Virus record (IMG/VR): IMGVR_UViG_3300005077_000023
Location: 1 to 55,782 of that record
Reading direction: 5' to 3' (one strand)
Length of the DNA stretch: 55,782 nucleotides
From: a virus
Lineage: Duplodnaviria; Caudoviricetes
Shown: piece after piece, positions 24,786 to 35,456 of the stretch
How the letters are laid out: each line of letters begins with the position of its first letter
Position numbering within the stretch: position 1 is the first letter of the stretch
Program-made: the position numbers and the translations under genes
The notes under the pieces: model-generated
What the model saw: only the letters and a program-made list of their open reading frames with translations
Told to the model about the DNA's origin: nothing
Databases searched by the model: none

Positions 24786-25439
24786 ATGAAATTTAACTCA
24801 GAAAAAGACATTGCTAAAATACTTATAAATTGGTTAAAAGATTTAAAATGGGATGTATATCAAGAAGTTGAAATTAAACCATTTAATTCTATTGCAGATA
24901 TTGTTGCTACACAAAATAATGTATCATGGACAATAGAAGTAAAACAAAATATGTCTTTAGTATTACTAAGTCAAGCATATAATTATATATGGCAATCAAA
25001 TTATGTTTCTATTGCAATTCCAGCATCAAATCATAAAACAAAATATAATGTTGCAAACATTTTTTGTAAAGATTACGGTATTGGTATATTAAGAATTACA
25101 AATAATGATGTTTATATAGAACTAAATCCAAAATTTCATAAAATACATAAAAAATTAAATATCAATCAAAAATTAAATGAAAATCAAAAAAATTGGGCAG
25201 AAGCAGGAAATAATTTAAAACAAAGATGGTCTCCATTTCAACAAACATGTAAAAATATTAAAGAATATATTAAAGAAAATCAAGGATCATGTTTAAAAGA
25301 TGTAATTAATAATGTTAATCATCATTATTCTACACCATCAACTGCAAAAAGTTGTATATCAAAATGGATAAAAGAAGGAATCATAGATGGAATAAAAATT
25401 AAAAAAGATGGAAAAAAAATAATATTATTTGTGGAATAA
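24786..25439 (+). CDS. PD-(D/E)xK nuclease-like protein
   Basis: SEKD...VYQEV...IADIV...WTIEVK...QA. Confidence 0.65.
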   Translation: MKFNSEKDIAKILINWLKDLKWDVYQEVEIKPFNSIADIVATQNNVSWTIEVKQNMSLVLLSQAYNYIWQSNYVSIAIPASNHKTKYNVANIFCKDYGIGILRITNNDVYIELNPKFHKIHKKLNINQKLNENQKNWAEAGNNLKQRWSPFQQTCKNIKEYIKENQGSCLKDVINNVNHHYSTPSTAKSCISKWIKEGIIDGIKIKKDGKKIILFVE

Positions 25440-25441
25440 AA

Positions 25442-25714
25442 ATGAATACTTGTCAATTATGTAATAGAAATATTGAAATATTAACAAAACATCATTTAAT
25501 TCCAAAAAGTAGAAAATTAACAAAAAATACAATTTATGTATGTTTAACCTGTAAAGATATGATTCATAAATTAATTTCAAATAAAGAATTAGAAAAAAAA
25601 TATTATACTATAGATTTATTAAAAAATAATGAAAAAATTAAAAAATATATTAATTGGATAAAAAATAAAATACCTGATAGATTGCCAATTGCATCTAAAA
25701 AAAAGAAAAAATAA
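25442..25714 (+). CDS. Small HNH-like zinc-binding protein
   Basis: CQLCNR...LTKHHLIPKS...CLTCKDMIH. Confidence 0.7.
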   Translation: MNTCQLCNRNIEILTKHHLIPKSRKLTKNTIYVCLTCKDMIHKLISNKELEKKYYTIDLLKNNEKIKKYINWIKNKIPDRLPIASKKKKK

Positions 25715-25744
25715 TTGATTTTTATATTTTTATTTCGTATATTA
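25715..25744 (+). promoter_or_regulatory. Sigma70-like promoter, identical to the 3686 copy
   Basis: TTGATTTTTATATTTTTATTTCGTATATTA. Confidence 0.7.
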
Positions 25745-25782
25745 ATAATATAATGATTAATTAGAATTTACAACAGAAAGAT

Positions 25783-26085
25783 ATGGTAATGATTAAAAAA
25801 AATAAAATTTTAAAAGAAAGTATTGAATACAAAAAATACTGTGATATTTGTAAAACAGAAATAAAAATTGAAATGGCTTGTTTAAAAGCTAAATGTGAAT
25901 ATTGTGGTAAAGATTTATGTGAAAATTGTATTGCTTATGAATTTGACACACATGGAGATTATAGAGAAGTATTATGTAATAAATGCAATAAAATACGATT
26001 ACAATTTGAACCAAAAATAATTAAATTAGAAAAACAAATTGAAGAATTAGAAAATGAACGATATCGAATTGCAAATTCTAACTAA
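25783..26085 (+). CDS. Cys-rich hypothetical protein
   Basis: CDIC, CEYC..LCENC, CNKC. Confidence 0.6.
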   Translation: MVMIKKNKILKESIEYKKYCDICKTEIKIEMACLKAKCEYCGKDLCENCIAYEFDTHGDYREVLCNKCNKIRLQFEPKIIKLEKQIEELENERYRIANSN

Positions 26086-26089
26086 TTAA

Positions 26090-26464
26090 ATGGAATTTTA
26101 TAAACTAATTAAAAGGATTACAAATATGAATGAAAACGAAAAAATACAAATTTCTTCCAATGAAAACGAAGGTGTTATTGTTAAACAACTTTCTAAAGAT
26201 GAAATATCCCTTCTTCTTTATCTGGAAACTTGCCTCGTTGATCAAAATGGTAGAGTAAGCAGTAAACATATGAATACTGATGATAAAGAAATAGCTAAGA
26301 AATGGAATGATGAAGGGTTTATAAAATATGGAAGAATAAAAATGGCTGATATTTATTTGGGTTCTGATCGTGTTCATTATGTTAATTTTACAGACGAAGC
26401 TTGGAAACTTGCACATCAATATCGTAAAATAAGAGGTGAAAAAAATAAATACAAAGTTTCCTAA
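26090..26464 (+). CDS. Hypothetical protein
   Basis: 124 aa; true start may be the internal MNENEK. Confidence 0.6.
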   Translation: MEFYKLIKRITNMNENEKIQISSNENEGVIVKQLSKDEISLLLYLETCLVDQNGRVSSKHMNTDDKEIAKKWNDEGFIKYGRIKMADIYLGSDRVHYVNFTDEAWKLAHQYRKIRGEKNKYKVS

Positions 26465-26512
26465 CAGAAATATAAAATGGAAATTAATTAATTAAAAATT
26501 ATTGGAGATAAA

Positions 26513-26830
26513 ATGAATGAAAATGAAAAAACAAAAATTAATCAAATTGAAAGTAAAATCGATGTTAAGTCACGTATTATAACACAAACTGATGAACGAA
26601 AGGTTTATTGTTGTAATTGCCGATATTTTGTTTTAGGAACCATAGCTGATTATTGTGCTTATAGCGATTATTGCTATGCACCAACAGGAAAAATAATTAA
26701 TGACTATATTGTAGGAAAATACAAAGAACGCATAAACAAAGATGTTAATGATAAAGATTATCCTAACAATAAAAAAACAAATGGATGCAAATATTACAAA
26801 CGTAAATGGTGGAAATTTTGGATACAATAA
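26513..26830 (+). CDS. Hypothetical protein
   Basis: GGAG RBS; CCNCRYF motif; ends KRKWWKFW. Confidence 0.6.
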   Translation: MNENEKTKINQIESKIDVKSRIITQTDERKVYCCNCRYFVLGTIADYCAYSDYCYAPTGKIINDYIVGKYKERINKDVNDKDYPNNKKTNGCKYYKRKWWKFWIQ

Positions 26831-26887
26831 AAATAAATTCAGTGTATCATTATAACACTAAACAAACAGTAAAGGGAGTAATTAATT

Positions 26888-27061
26888 ATGCAAAAGTTTA
26901 TAGTAATAGTGACAAATGAAATACTTGGTAACTCAAAACATGAAATGACTCTTGATCAGATTAAAAAATTCAATTTCTGCGCCTATCAGTTGGCTTTAAA
27001 GTCATTAAAAAACAATGGAATAGAATATTCAGACGGAATGTGGACGGTTCGAATAGTATAA
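26888..27061 (+). CDS. Small hypothetical protein (57 aa)
   Basis: GGGAG RBS; MQKFIVIVTNEILG...WTVRIV*. Confidence 0.5.
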   Translation: MQKFIVIVTNEILGNSKHEMTLDQIKKFNFCAYQLALKSLKNNGIEYSDGMWTVRIV

Positions 27062-27115
27062 CAATACGTGCATAAAATTATTCAGTAAATAGAACTAACT
27101 TTAAGGATAAAAAAT

Positions 27116-27400
27116 ATGAATAATAAATTATTAAATTTTGCAAAAAATGAATTAAAAATAGGTTTAGCACAATGCACAGAAGATCAACAAATGATATTTA
27201 AACGTATGTATGCGTATGAATATAAATATGATGAAAATAACCATAGTTATATACCTAATGGAAATAAACCTGATTTAAATAAAGACATTAACGAAGTTAT
27301 AGATAAAATGCCAGAAGATAAACTTGATTGGGCAATGCAACAAATAGAAAACACTTTGGCAAAAAACAAAATCACTGAAACTAAAATCAACAACACATAA
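27116..27400 (+). CDS. Hypothetical phage protein
   Basis: AAGGA RBS; 94 aa. Confidence 0.65.
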   Translation: MNNKLLNFAKNELKIGLAQCTEDQQMIFKRMYAYEYKYDENNHSYIPNGNKPDLNKDINEVIDKMPEDKLDWAMQQIENTLAKNKITETKINNT

Positions 27401-27416
27401 TAATGGAAAAAATATT

Positions 27417-27977
27417 GTGATAATAAAAGAAATAGAAAAATTACGAATTATATCAAATTCAATAACAAATAAAGATGAAATTGATAATATATCTTATTTA
27501 TTAAAAAAAGAATTAAATAATCATAAAAATGGAGTTGGACTATCTGCTCCTCAAATTGGAATATATAAAAAAATATGTTTAATTAAAATCGGAAAAAATG
27601 AAATAATTTTAATTAATCCAGAAATAATTGAATATTATGGAGAAACATTTTATACTGAAGGTTGTTTATCATTTCCAAATGAAAATATATTAACAAAAAG
27701 ATATTCAGAAATAACAGTAAAAACAATTAATGAATTATTATATTTTAGTATTGATAATAATGAACTTGAATGTATTGCAGTTCAGCATGAAATTGATCAT
27801 CTTAATGGAATTTTAATGTTTGATCGAAAATATATTCAAAATCCAATTATTAATATAAATAAAATTAAACCTAATACATTAGTAAAAATATATAATGAAA
27901 ATACAAAAAAAGAACTATATTTAAAATACAAAAAATGCCAACCATTATTGCAGGAAGGATGGATATTACGTGAATAG
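27417..27977 (+). CDS. def: Peptide deformylase
   Basis: GVGLSAPQIG, EGCLS, QHEIDHLNG. Confidence 0.95.
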   Translation: MIIKEIEKLRIISNSITNKDEIDNISYLLKKELNNHKNGVGLSAPQIGIYKKICLIKIGKNEIILINPEIIEYYGETFYTEGCLSFPNENILTKRYSEITVKTINELLYFSIDNNELECIAVQHEIDHLNGILMFDRKYIQNPIININKIKPNTLVKIYNENTKKELYLKYKKCQPLLQEGWILRE

Positions 27978-29016
27978 TGAAAAATTTTATGCTAATTATG
28001 AATATTTAACATATGATGATGTAAATATTGTACCTGATTATTCATATTTAAATAGTAGGACTGAATGTAATGTTTCATGTATATTATCTAATATAAAATT
28101 ACAAATTCCAATTTTATCTTCACCAATGGATACAATTACTGAATCTGATATGGCTATAAAAATGAATGAATTAGGAGGATTAGGAATAATACATAGATTT
28201 ATGTCTATTGAAGATCAAATAAATCAAATAAAAATACTTATGAATAATAATTTAACAAATATTGCTATAGCTGTTGGAGTAAAAGAATTTGAAAAAGATC
28301 GAATACAAAAAATAATACAAAATGGTGCAAATATTATTCTTATTGATATTGCACATGGACATCATAAATTAATGGAAACAACAATAAAATTTATTAAAGA
28401 TTTAAATGACAAAATTACTATAATTGCTGGAAATGTATCAACTCCTGATGCAGTACGTTATTTAAAACATTGGGGAGCTGATATTATACGAGTAGGAATT
28501 GGTGGTGGAAGTTTATGTGAAACACGAATTAGAACTGGTGTTGGTATGCCAATGATTTCTACATTATTAAATATTAGAAATTATTTTCCAGAAATTCCAT
28601 TAATTGCAGATGGAGGAATCCGATATGCAGGAGATGTTGCTAAAGCTTTAGCGGCAGGAGCAAACACTGTAATGTTAGGGTCGATGTTATCTGGAACAAG
28701 AGAAACTCCTGGAACATTTAAACGAGTTGGTGAATTTCCAAATGAAGAATTATTTAAAGAATATAGAGGATCAGCTTCTCAATCATCAAAAATACAAAGA
28801 GGAGAATCAGATATAAATATAGAAGGAAATTCTATTTTTGTTAAATTTAAAGGAAAAACAGATAGAATTATAAATGGTATAATTGATGGATTAAAATCTG
28901 CAATGTCATATGTAGGATCAAAAGATTTAAATGAATTTTATAAATATTCAAAATTTGTAAGAGTAACATTTGCTGGACAAATTGAAGCTCATCCACATTT
29001 ATTAAAACATAATTAG
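27970..29016 (+). CDS. IMP dehydrogenase / GMP reductase family protein (no CBS domains)
   Basis: [50 protein letters not shown]. Confidence 0.9.
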   Translation: MNSEKFYANYEYLTYDDVNIVPDYSYLNSRTECNVSCILSNIKLQIPILSSPMDTITESDMAIKMNELGGLGIIHRFMSIEDQINQIKILMNNNLTNIAIAVGVKEFEKDRIQKIIQNGANIILIDIAHGHHKLMETTIKFIKDLNDKITIIAGNVSTPDAVRYLKHWGADIIRVGIGGGSLCETRIRTGVGMPMISTLLNIRNYFPEIPLIADGGIRYAGDVAKALAAGANTVMLGSMLSGTRETPGTFKRVGEFPNEELFKEYRGSASQSSKIQRGESDINIEGNSIFVKFKGKTDRIINGIIDGLKSAMSYVGSKDLNEFYKYSKFVRVTFAGQIEAHPHLLKHN

Positions 29017-29027
29017 GGAGAATTAAC

Positions 29028-29303
29028 ATGAGATTTAGGCATAATGAAAAAGCTAAATTAGATACTCGTAGAAAATTATGGAAAACAATGAAATGGTTTT
29101 GGATTGCAGGTAAAGATGATAGTGGAAAAACAATTACAACCAATGATGAAAATAAATCAAATGGATATGGTTTTTTTAAAAAAAATCATTCTATATCTTG
29201 TACAGATCATGCTGTATGTAGAGCAGAACTACATGCTAAAAAATTAAAAATAAGAAAAGAAAGAAGAAAAAATAAAAGAGAATTAAAAAATTATTTTTCA
29301 TAA
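29028..29303 (+). CDS. Basic hypothetical protein
   Basis: GGGAG RBS; 91 aa. Confidence 0.55.
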   Translation: MRFRHNEKAKLDTRRKLWKTMKWFWIAGKDDSGKTITTNDENKSNGYGFFKKNHSISCTDHAVCRAELHAKKLKIRKERRKNKRELKNYFS

Positions 29304-29729
29304 TATTACTTTATATAATGTAAATACATGAATTGGAATATTAAAAAAATATTCTTTTTCATGTATTTCTTTATTATATATTTCATAAACATCATTTAAA
29401 TATAATTTAATAATTTTATTGATAGTAAAAAGGCAATAGGTATAATCAAAATTAAATATCATATAATGAGAATTTCCATATTTTATATATTTATTTTTTC
29501 GTTCTGGAATATGAATTGTATCATATGGAAATTTATTATTTTTCCATATAGGTCTCCATTCCAATTCAATTGTAATATTATTAAAATTAATATTTATTAA
29601 ATCTACATCATACTTATCTGGATTTTCTTTAAAATAAAAACCATATTTTTCAAAAAATGATATAGCTATTTTTTTAGATTTTTGATCACATTGATTGTAT
29701 AAATCTTCATCAAATTGTTTAGTAATCAT
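29298..29729 (-). CDS. Hypothetical protein, possible PD-(D/E)xK fold
   Basis: YDVDL...IELEWR...FPYDTIHIPERK. Confidence 0.55.
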   Translation of the reverse strand: MITKQFDEDLYNQCDQKSKKIAISFFEKYGFYFKENPDKYDVDLININFNNITIELEWRPIWKNNKFPYDTIHIPERKNKYIKYGNSHYMIFNFDYTYCLFTINKIIKLYLNDVYEIYNKEIHEKEYFFNIPIHVFTLYKVIL

Positions 29730-30442
29730 TTATTTCCTATTTTAAAATATGTATTTACTTCAAAATATCCACTTTTATTATATTTATCAATAAGTAATTT
29801 ATTAATATGCTTCATTTTATTTATAACTGGAGTTATTTGCTGAGTTTTAATTCCTGTCATTTCTCTAACCATTAAATATAATTGTTTTTTATTAAAATTT
29901 TCAATAGAATTAGATCGTTTAAATAATGTTAATATAGAATCTGCAATTCTTATTTCATATTGTTTATTAAAAATTATTTGTAAATTATTATCCCAATATT
30001 CTATCATTAATCTTATATATTCAGGTATTTCATTACTGAATGTTTTGTGTTGTTCTTCATCAACAATATTAAAAAAATTAGGATCAGATTCTATTCCACA
30101 ATTTATTTTTCTGGATTTATATTCTTCATTATTTTCTAAAATTAAATAATTTTTAGTTAATATTGAAAAATAAGAAAAAGCTTTACCTTTGCTTTTATCA
30201 TATTGAGGCATTTTTAGAATTAAAAATGACATTACATCTTTTTGTAAATTACTAAGTGATTGAGCAGATTGCTGTACATATGGAAATTTAAATCTATTTA
30301 TTATATTCTCAATTAATTTATTTAATGGGTTTAAAATTTTGGTTGAGAATATCTTCGATCTCAATATCTGGTTTTTTTCGTTGTTGTATTCTACGATTGC
30401 GTTCTCTACTTCTTCCGTAAAGTAGGTTTTCTCCTTCTCCAT
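29726..30442 (-). CDS. Putative phage sigma-factor-like protein
   Basis: YFTEEVENAIVEYN...YDKSKGKAFSYFSILTKNY resembles sigma region 2 (compare the F.YF motif of T4 gp55); GGAG RBS. Confidence 0.5.
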   Translation of the reverse strand: MEKEKTYFTEEVENAIVEYNNEKNQILRSKIFSTKILNPLNKLIENIINRFKFPYVQQSAQSLSNLQKDVMSFLILKMPQYDKSKGKAFSYFSILTKNYLILENNEEYKSRKINCGIESDPNFFNIVDEEQHKTFSNEIPEYIRLMIEYWDNNLQIIFNKQYEIRIADSILTLFKRSNSIENFNKKQLYLMVREMTGIKTQQITPVINKMKHINKLLIDKYNKSGYFEVNTYFKIGNK

Positions 30443-30764
30443 TTATTTCTCCTGAATCTTGTTCATCAATCACTTCGAATTGAACCAATTTTTTTAAAAT
30501 AGAATACATCGCCTGATAAAAATAACCAACTTCATCATCACTTCTAAATGATCCTTCTAAATCTATTTCATTTAAATTTTTATTTATAACTTTAACTGTT
30601 TCAGAAAATAAATTAATCCAGTCTACTTGTTTTTCATATTCTGAATATAATTTATTATAAAGTAATTGAATTTTGTCAATTATTTTTATTTTTTTAATTA
30701 TAATATAACCTAAAAAAAATATTATAATACATTGAATTATAATAATAATTATATTAATATCCAT
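30318..30764 (-). CDS. Protein with an N-terminal membrane anchor
   Basis: Hydrophobic N-terminus; D..GSF.SDDEVGYF motif. Confidence 0.6.
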   Translation of the reverse strand: MDINIIIIIIQCIIIFFLGYIIIKKIKIIDKIQLLYNKLYSEYEKQVDWINLFSETVKVINKNLNEIDLEGSFRSDDEVGYFYQAMYSILKKLVQFEVIDEQDSGEINGEGENLLYGRSRERNRRIQQRKKPDIEIEDILNQNFKPIK

Positions 30765-30774
30765 TTGTTATTCC

Positions 30775-31527
30775 TTATTTAAATAAACTTGAAAACATAT
30801 CATCTACTGAATTTAAATTTATATTTTGTAGAGGATGTTCTTCAAATGTATTTTTTTTTGATTTCATAGAATTTGCTAAGTCATTTACCGTTTTAAGATT
30901 ATTTTTTATTGCTTGATTACTACTATTATTTTTAATAACTGACATCATATCAGCCCAATGAATTATATAAATTAAATTACTTTTTAATTTAAATGCTTCA
31001 AAATATTTTTTATTTTGTTCATCATACTGACCATCATGTAACATAATTCCTAAAAATTCATTTATAGTCATTGTTATATTATAATGTTGTAATAAAAAAA
31101 GTGATCTTAATGAAGTAGTCATATATTGTATATTATCATTAAAATCATATAATTGACCTTTTTTTATTTTCCAATCTTCTTTTGTTGGTATATAATAATC
31201 ATTATTAACATCTCCAATTTTTCCTAAATCATGATTTAATGCAGTAAATATTAATTCTTCATCAGTATAAGTAATATCATTTGTTAATGTTTTCCAAAAT
31301 TCTGATAATTTTTTTGCAATATCAATTACGGTTAAAACATGAAAAAGATATCCTCCAGGATAACACTCATGATGATATGTTTTTGCTGATGCTGGACATA
31401 TTGTAATTCTATCTTCCAATTTTTCATACATTAATAATAATTTTTCTTTCCTTTCATTAGAAAACGATGTATTTATTATTTCAATTAATTTATTCCAATT
31501 GGATAAAATTTTTTCTGCATCATCCAT
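30775..31527 (-). CDS. HD-domain hydrolase (YhaM-like)
   Basis: PASAKTYHH..YPGGY..HV, LNHDLGKIG, LHDG, HWAD. Confidence 0.8.
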   Translation of the reverse strand: MDDAEKILSNWNKLIEIINTSFSNERKEKLLLMYEKLEDRITICPASAKTYHHECYPGGYLFHVLTVIDIAKKLSEFWKTLTNDITYTDEELIFTALNHDLGKIGDVNNDYYIPTKEDWKIKKGQLYDFNDNIQYMTTSLRSLFLLQHYNITMTINEFLGIMLHDGQYDEQNKKYFEAFKLKSNLIYIIHWADMMSVIKNNSSNQAIKNNLKTVNDLANSMKSKKNTFEEHPLQNINLNSVDDMFSSLFK

Positions 31528-31645
31528 ATATTCTCCTAAAAATAATTATAAGTAAATATTTTTTTCATATTTATACAATTTTAAACGAAAAATAGTTCCA
31601 CAATATATTTATATTTGATGTAATATAATTTTATAGGAAAAAACA

Positions 31646-32044
31646 ATGGAAGATAAAAAAAAATATGAAATATTTTCTGGAAAAACATTAGAAAATTTAT
31701 TTCAAGATATATATAACAATTCATCTAATATTAAAAATGTAATTTTATCTTTAATAAATAATACTAAAGATTTAGTTAAAACATCTAATGATGCAACTTT
31801 ACTTGTACCATTAATAGCGGAATATTTAGAAATTGGAGTTAAAAATGATGAACATTTAATTAAATTAGCTGATACAATACAACGATTAATTAAAACTAAT
31901 AATAATGATAACAGTGAATTATTATCAGACGATGAAAAACAAAAATTATTAGAAATATATAGTTCAAATAAAGAAGATAAAACTGAAATTGATAATATTA
32001 AGTCTAAAGTTATTAAATTTAAAGAAGAAGCAGGAATCAATTAA
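31646..32044 (+). CDS. Hypothetical protein at the head of the structural operon
   Basis: 132 aa, AGGA RBS, ATATTTATAT motif upstream. Confidence 0.65.
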   Translation: MEDKKKYEIFSGKTLENLFQDIYNNSSNIKNVILSLINNTKDLVKTSNDATLLVPLIAEYLEIGVKNDEHLIKLADTIQRLIKTNNNDNSELLSDDEKQKLLEIYSSNKEDKTEIDNIKSKVIKFKEEAGIN

Positions 32045-33219
32045 TGTATAGTGTAGATAAAAATAGAGGAGCATCAAAATTTTCTAATACAATAGGATTA
32101 TCAACAAAAGATAGTAATCCTGCAAGAGATGGTAGTGCTCCAAATTATTTTTTTTATGAAATAGAAGCGGCAGAAATAATCGATATTATACTCAATGTTG
32201 ATCATCCAAATTATACTAATACATCTGATATTGGAAAAGCAAAAATAAGAATGATCAATAGTGAAAATGGAAAAGCTGAAGATGTTTTATCATTTGCAAA
32301 ACCATTACAATCTAATATAAAAAATTATCCATTAAAGCATGAAATTGTTTTAGTAGCTAATTATTTAGGAGAATTATATTATTTTAATAGAATTAACATT
32401 TTTAATAATGTAAATGAAAATTCATTACCTAATGTTAGTTTACCCAATGCATCAAATATATATTCTAAATTACCTCAAATTTCAGAATATACTGAAATAT
32501 TTCAATCTGGAAATCCAAACATAACAACTAATAATAATATAAAACTTGGAGATAAATTTAAATCAAAAAAAATAAATTTTATATTACCAAATGAAGGTGA
32601 TATTATATTTGAAGGAAGATATGGTCATTATTTAAAATTTGGATCAATCAATCAAAATCCAAATATAATATTAACTGCCGGAAATGAAACAGAAAATTCT
32701 GAAATAACATTTGAAAATATAAATACTGATTTAAATTCTATTTGGATGATTTCTGATTCTCAAATTGAATTTTCTCCATCAACAGTTAATTCAAATATAC
32801 ATTTAAAATCATATGAAAATAAACCAAATGAATTTAATGGTAATCAGATATTTATTAGTAGTGATAGAATAATATTGAATTCAAAACTTAACGAAATTAT
32901 GGGTTTTGCAAAAAAATCAATTAATTTTGTTACAAATGATACATTAACAATTGATGCAAATAAAAATATTATATTAAATACAAATGAAAATACAATTATT
33001 GAATCTAAAAAAATATTTTTAGGAAAAAAAGATGCAACAGAACCATTAGTTTTAGGAGAAAAATTAAAAAAATTTTTAGAAGAATTAATAGACGAAATTT
33101 TAAAATTAACAGTTCCTACTGGAGTAGGACCTTCTGGAACTGTTATTAATTTTTCACAATTTCAATTAATAAAAAATAAATTAAATAGTATATTATCCAA
33201 TCAAAATTATACTATTTAA
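32044..33219 (+). CDS. Putative baseplate hub/spike-related protein
   Basis: EGDIIFEGRYG, beta-rich C-term, EPLVLGEKL...VPTGVGPSG typical of spike tips; baseplate context. Confidence 0.55.
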   Translation: MYSVDKNRGASKFSNTIGLSTKDSNPARDGSAPNYFFYEIEAAEIIDIILNVDHPNYTNTSDIGKAKIRMINSENGKAEDVLSFAKPLQSNIKNYPLKHEIVLVANYLGELYYFNRINIFNNVNENSLPNVSLPNASNIYSKLPQISEYTEIFQSGNPNITTNNNIKLGDKFKSKKINFILPNEGDIIFEGRYGHYLKFGSINQNPNIILTAGNETENSEITFENINTDLNSIWMISDSQIEFSPSTVNSNIHLKSYENKPNEFNGNQIFISSDRIILNSKLNEIMGFAKKSINFVTNDTLTIDANKNIILNTNENTIIESKKIFLGKKDATEPLVLGEKLKKFLEELIDEILKLTVPTGVGPSGTVINFSQFQLIKNKLNSILSNQNYTI

Positions 33220-33244
33220 TAATTTAATTTAAAAGGAAAATAAA

Positions 33245-34390
33245 ATGAATAATTTTGATATTGCAATACAATTAATAAATGAATTAAAATTTACTGATAA
33301 AGAAGCATTTAAATTATATTCTAATAAACATAAAATTAAACCAACTACTAAAGTTAAAATTGGAAATAAAACTATAAAAGCTGGAGATATTGACAATATA
33401 GATAATATTAAAATTCGTAAAAAAAATAAAATAAAAAAAGAAAAAAAAATAAAAACACACGATAGTAAAAAAGAAAAATCAATAGAATTAAATAATAAAA
33501 AATATAATATACCAATAAAATTAAAAAACAATTTTAAAAATATAGATACTGATTTATCAGCATTAAATATAAAAAACTGGAAAGCAAAAGTAATTTTAAA
33601 TAATTCTGGTGGTGATAATATTAAAAAAGGACAATTTGATGATGTTGGTATGTTAATGATATCTAATAATAAAAATAGTAATACAATAATACCAATTTGC
33701 ACAGCAGATGAACATAGAAATGGATATGAATTATTATATCATTATCGAAATAAAGGTTTAATCGATAAAAATGATAAATTTACATCAATTAATCCACTTG
33801 GTATGAATTATATATATGATCCAACAGAAGATGATGTAATTGGATATAAAAATTTTAGAAAAATGGGTGGAGATAATGTTTTTTTAAAAGTTACAAAACA
33901 AGGAAAAAATCATGCAGAATATGTAATTGATGCAGATACTTTTATTGATATTAATGGTGATATAACTAAAATAAAACCATATTTAAAAGAAAAAAATAAA
34001 CTTGCTCCTGTTGGTTTAAAGATAGTTGATAATTTAGAAAATTTGGCTACATTATATAAACAATATCATCAAGATAAATCAGGACGACCTGAACGATATG
34101 AAAAACAAATTTATATTTATGCTAATAAATTATTAAAAATATTTTATAGAGAAGGATTTTCATTAGGTTTTCATTTATCTAATTCACAGTATAAGCTTAA
34201 AACTGCAATAGAAAATGAAGATATAACCGAAATAGAAAATGCAATTTTTAGTCATAATGGAATAAAAAATAATTTACATAATATATTTAGACAAACAAAT
34301 AAAGATGCTGATGCTAAAAAAGATGCAGAAGTAATATTTGGATTATTAGATGTAGCAAAAGAAGAATTTGATAGATTGAGTGCAATATAA
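33245..34390 (+). CDS. Hypothetical protein
   Basis: 381 aa with a basic N-terminal region. Confidence 0.65.
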   Translation: MNNFDIAIQLINELKFTDKEAFKLYSNKHKIKPTTKVKIGNKTIKAGDIDNIDNIKIRKKNKIKKEKKIKTHDSKKEKSIELNNKKYNIPIKLKNNFKNIDTDLSALNIKNWKAKVILNNSGGDNIKKGQFDDVGMLMISNNKNSNTIIPICTADEHRNGYELLYHYRNKGLIDKNDKFTSINPLGMNYIYDPTEDDVIGYKNFRKMGGDNVFLKVTKQGKNHAEYVIDADTFIDINGDITKIKPYLKEKNKLAPVGLKIVDNLENLATLYKQYHQDKSGRPERYEKQIYIYANKLLKIFYREGFSLGFHLSNSQYKLKTAIENEDITEIENAIFSHNGIKNNLHNIFRQTNKDADAKKDAEVIFGLLDVAKEEFDRLSAI

Positions 34391-34391
34391 T

Positions 34392-34934
34392 ATGATACAA
34401 TGGAATATATTTAAAAATAATATGTTAAATTTTTTTAATGAAAATAAAAATAAATCAAATATATCTACAATGAATATAGCAATGAAATTTACAGATGAAT
34501 ATGAATCTGCAATTATTAATGGTGGAGACATGATATATAATAATAATGCAATTATTTATAATAAATTAGCAATGATAAAAGGATTTAATGATATATTAAA
34601 TACATTATTTAATATAAAAAATTCATCTATGGTTTCATCTATTATGGGTTCAATATTATCATCTGCATTGATTCAATTCTGGACAGGAGCTCAATTAAAT
34701 TTATTGTATCCTCCTCCTGGAACAATATCAATTGTTAGTAATTTAATAAATAGTCCTGGAATAGCAGTACCATATATAAATATTAAAAATACAGAAGATA
34801 ATATGGAATTTATAGATACATTAGTTCAATATTTTTCCACACATTTAAAAACAATAACAGGTACAACAATTGCATTAATACCTGCTTCACCAACTCCAAT
34901 TCCTACTCCTTTTATATGGATTGGATATATATAA
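34392..34934 (+). CDS. Hypothetical structural-region protein
   Basis: Probable ATG start at 34392; Pro-rich C-terminus. Confidence 0.6.
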   Translation: MIQWNIFKNNMLNFFNENKNKSNISTMNIAMKFTDEYESAIINGGDMIYNNNAIIYNKLAMIKGFNDILNTLFNIKNSSMVSSIMGSILSSALIQFWTGAQLNLLYPPPGTISIVSNLINSPGIAVPYINIKNTEDNMEFIDTLVQYFSTHLKTITGTTIALIPASPTPIPTPFIWIGYI

Positions 34935-34952
34935 AATTTATGGAGGATTATT

Positions 34953-35456
34953 ATGAATAATACACAATTTATAAAATTAATTCAACTTGTAGTAAAAAAA
35001 GCAATAAAAGAAGAATCAAAAAATAATGAATTGTTAATTAGAAAAATTATTAGAGAAGAATTAATATTAAATAATTCAAACTCAATCATTACAAAATCAA
35101 ATATTAATGAACAGATACCTAAAAAAGTATCAAATAAAATACCAAATAAGATATCAAAACTTCCAAATAAAACTACATCTACATTAAAAGATTTGGCACA
35201 AATTGATAATAATTTTTCTGATTTTTTTGACCATAAAGATTTTGATACAATACCTTCAGCAAAAAAAGATTCAATTTCACAAAATGATCAACAAAGTTTA
35301 GTTGAAAATTTTGAACTTCCATCTACAAATGCTAATGGAGTTGCTATAAATTATAATAATATATCACCAGAAATAATTGATAATATTCTTAATAAAGATT
35401 TTACTAAAATATTAAAATTAGCAGACAAATCTGCTAATACTAAAAGGAGAGTATAA
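34953..35456 (+). CDS. Hypothetical protein
   Basis: GGAGG RBS; IRKIIREEL motif. Confidence 0.65.
   Translation: MNNTQFIKLIQLVVKKAIKEESKNNELLIRKIIREELILNNSNSIITKSNINEQIPKKVSNKIPNKISKLPNKTTSTLKDLAQIDNNFSDFFDHKDFDTIPSAKKDSISQNDQQSLVENFELPSTNANGVAINYNNISPEIIDNILNKDFTKILKLADKSANTKRRV

Noticed and set aside
12653-24811. Minus-strand ORFs 12653-12997, 14385-14603 and 24602-24811
   Set aside because: They are antisense shadows of tRNA genes and hairpins
25442-25714. HNH protein as a homing endonuclease or intron marker
   Set aside because: It is small and free-standing, the neighbouring genes are uninterrupted, and no intron structure is evident
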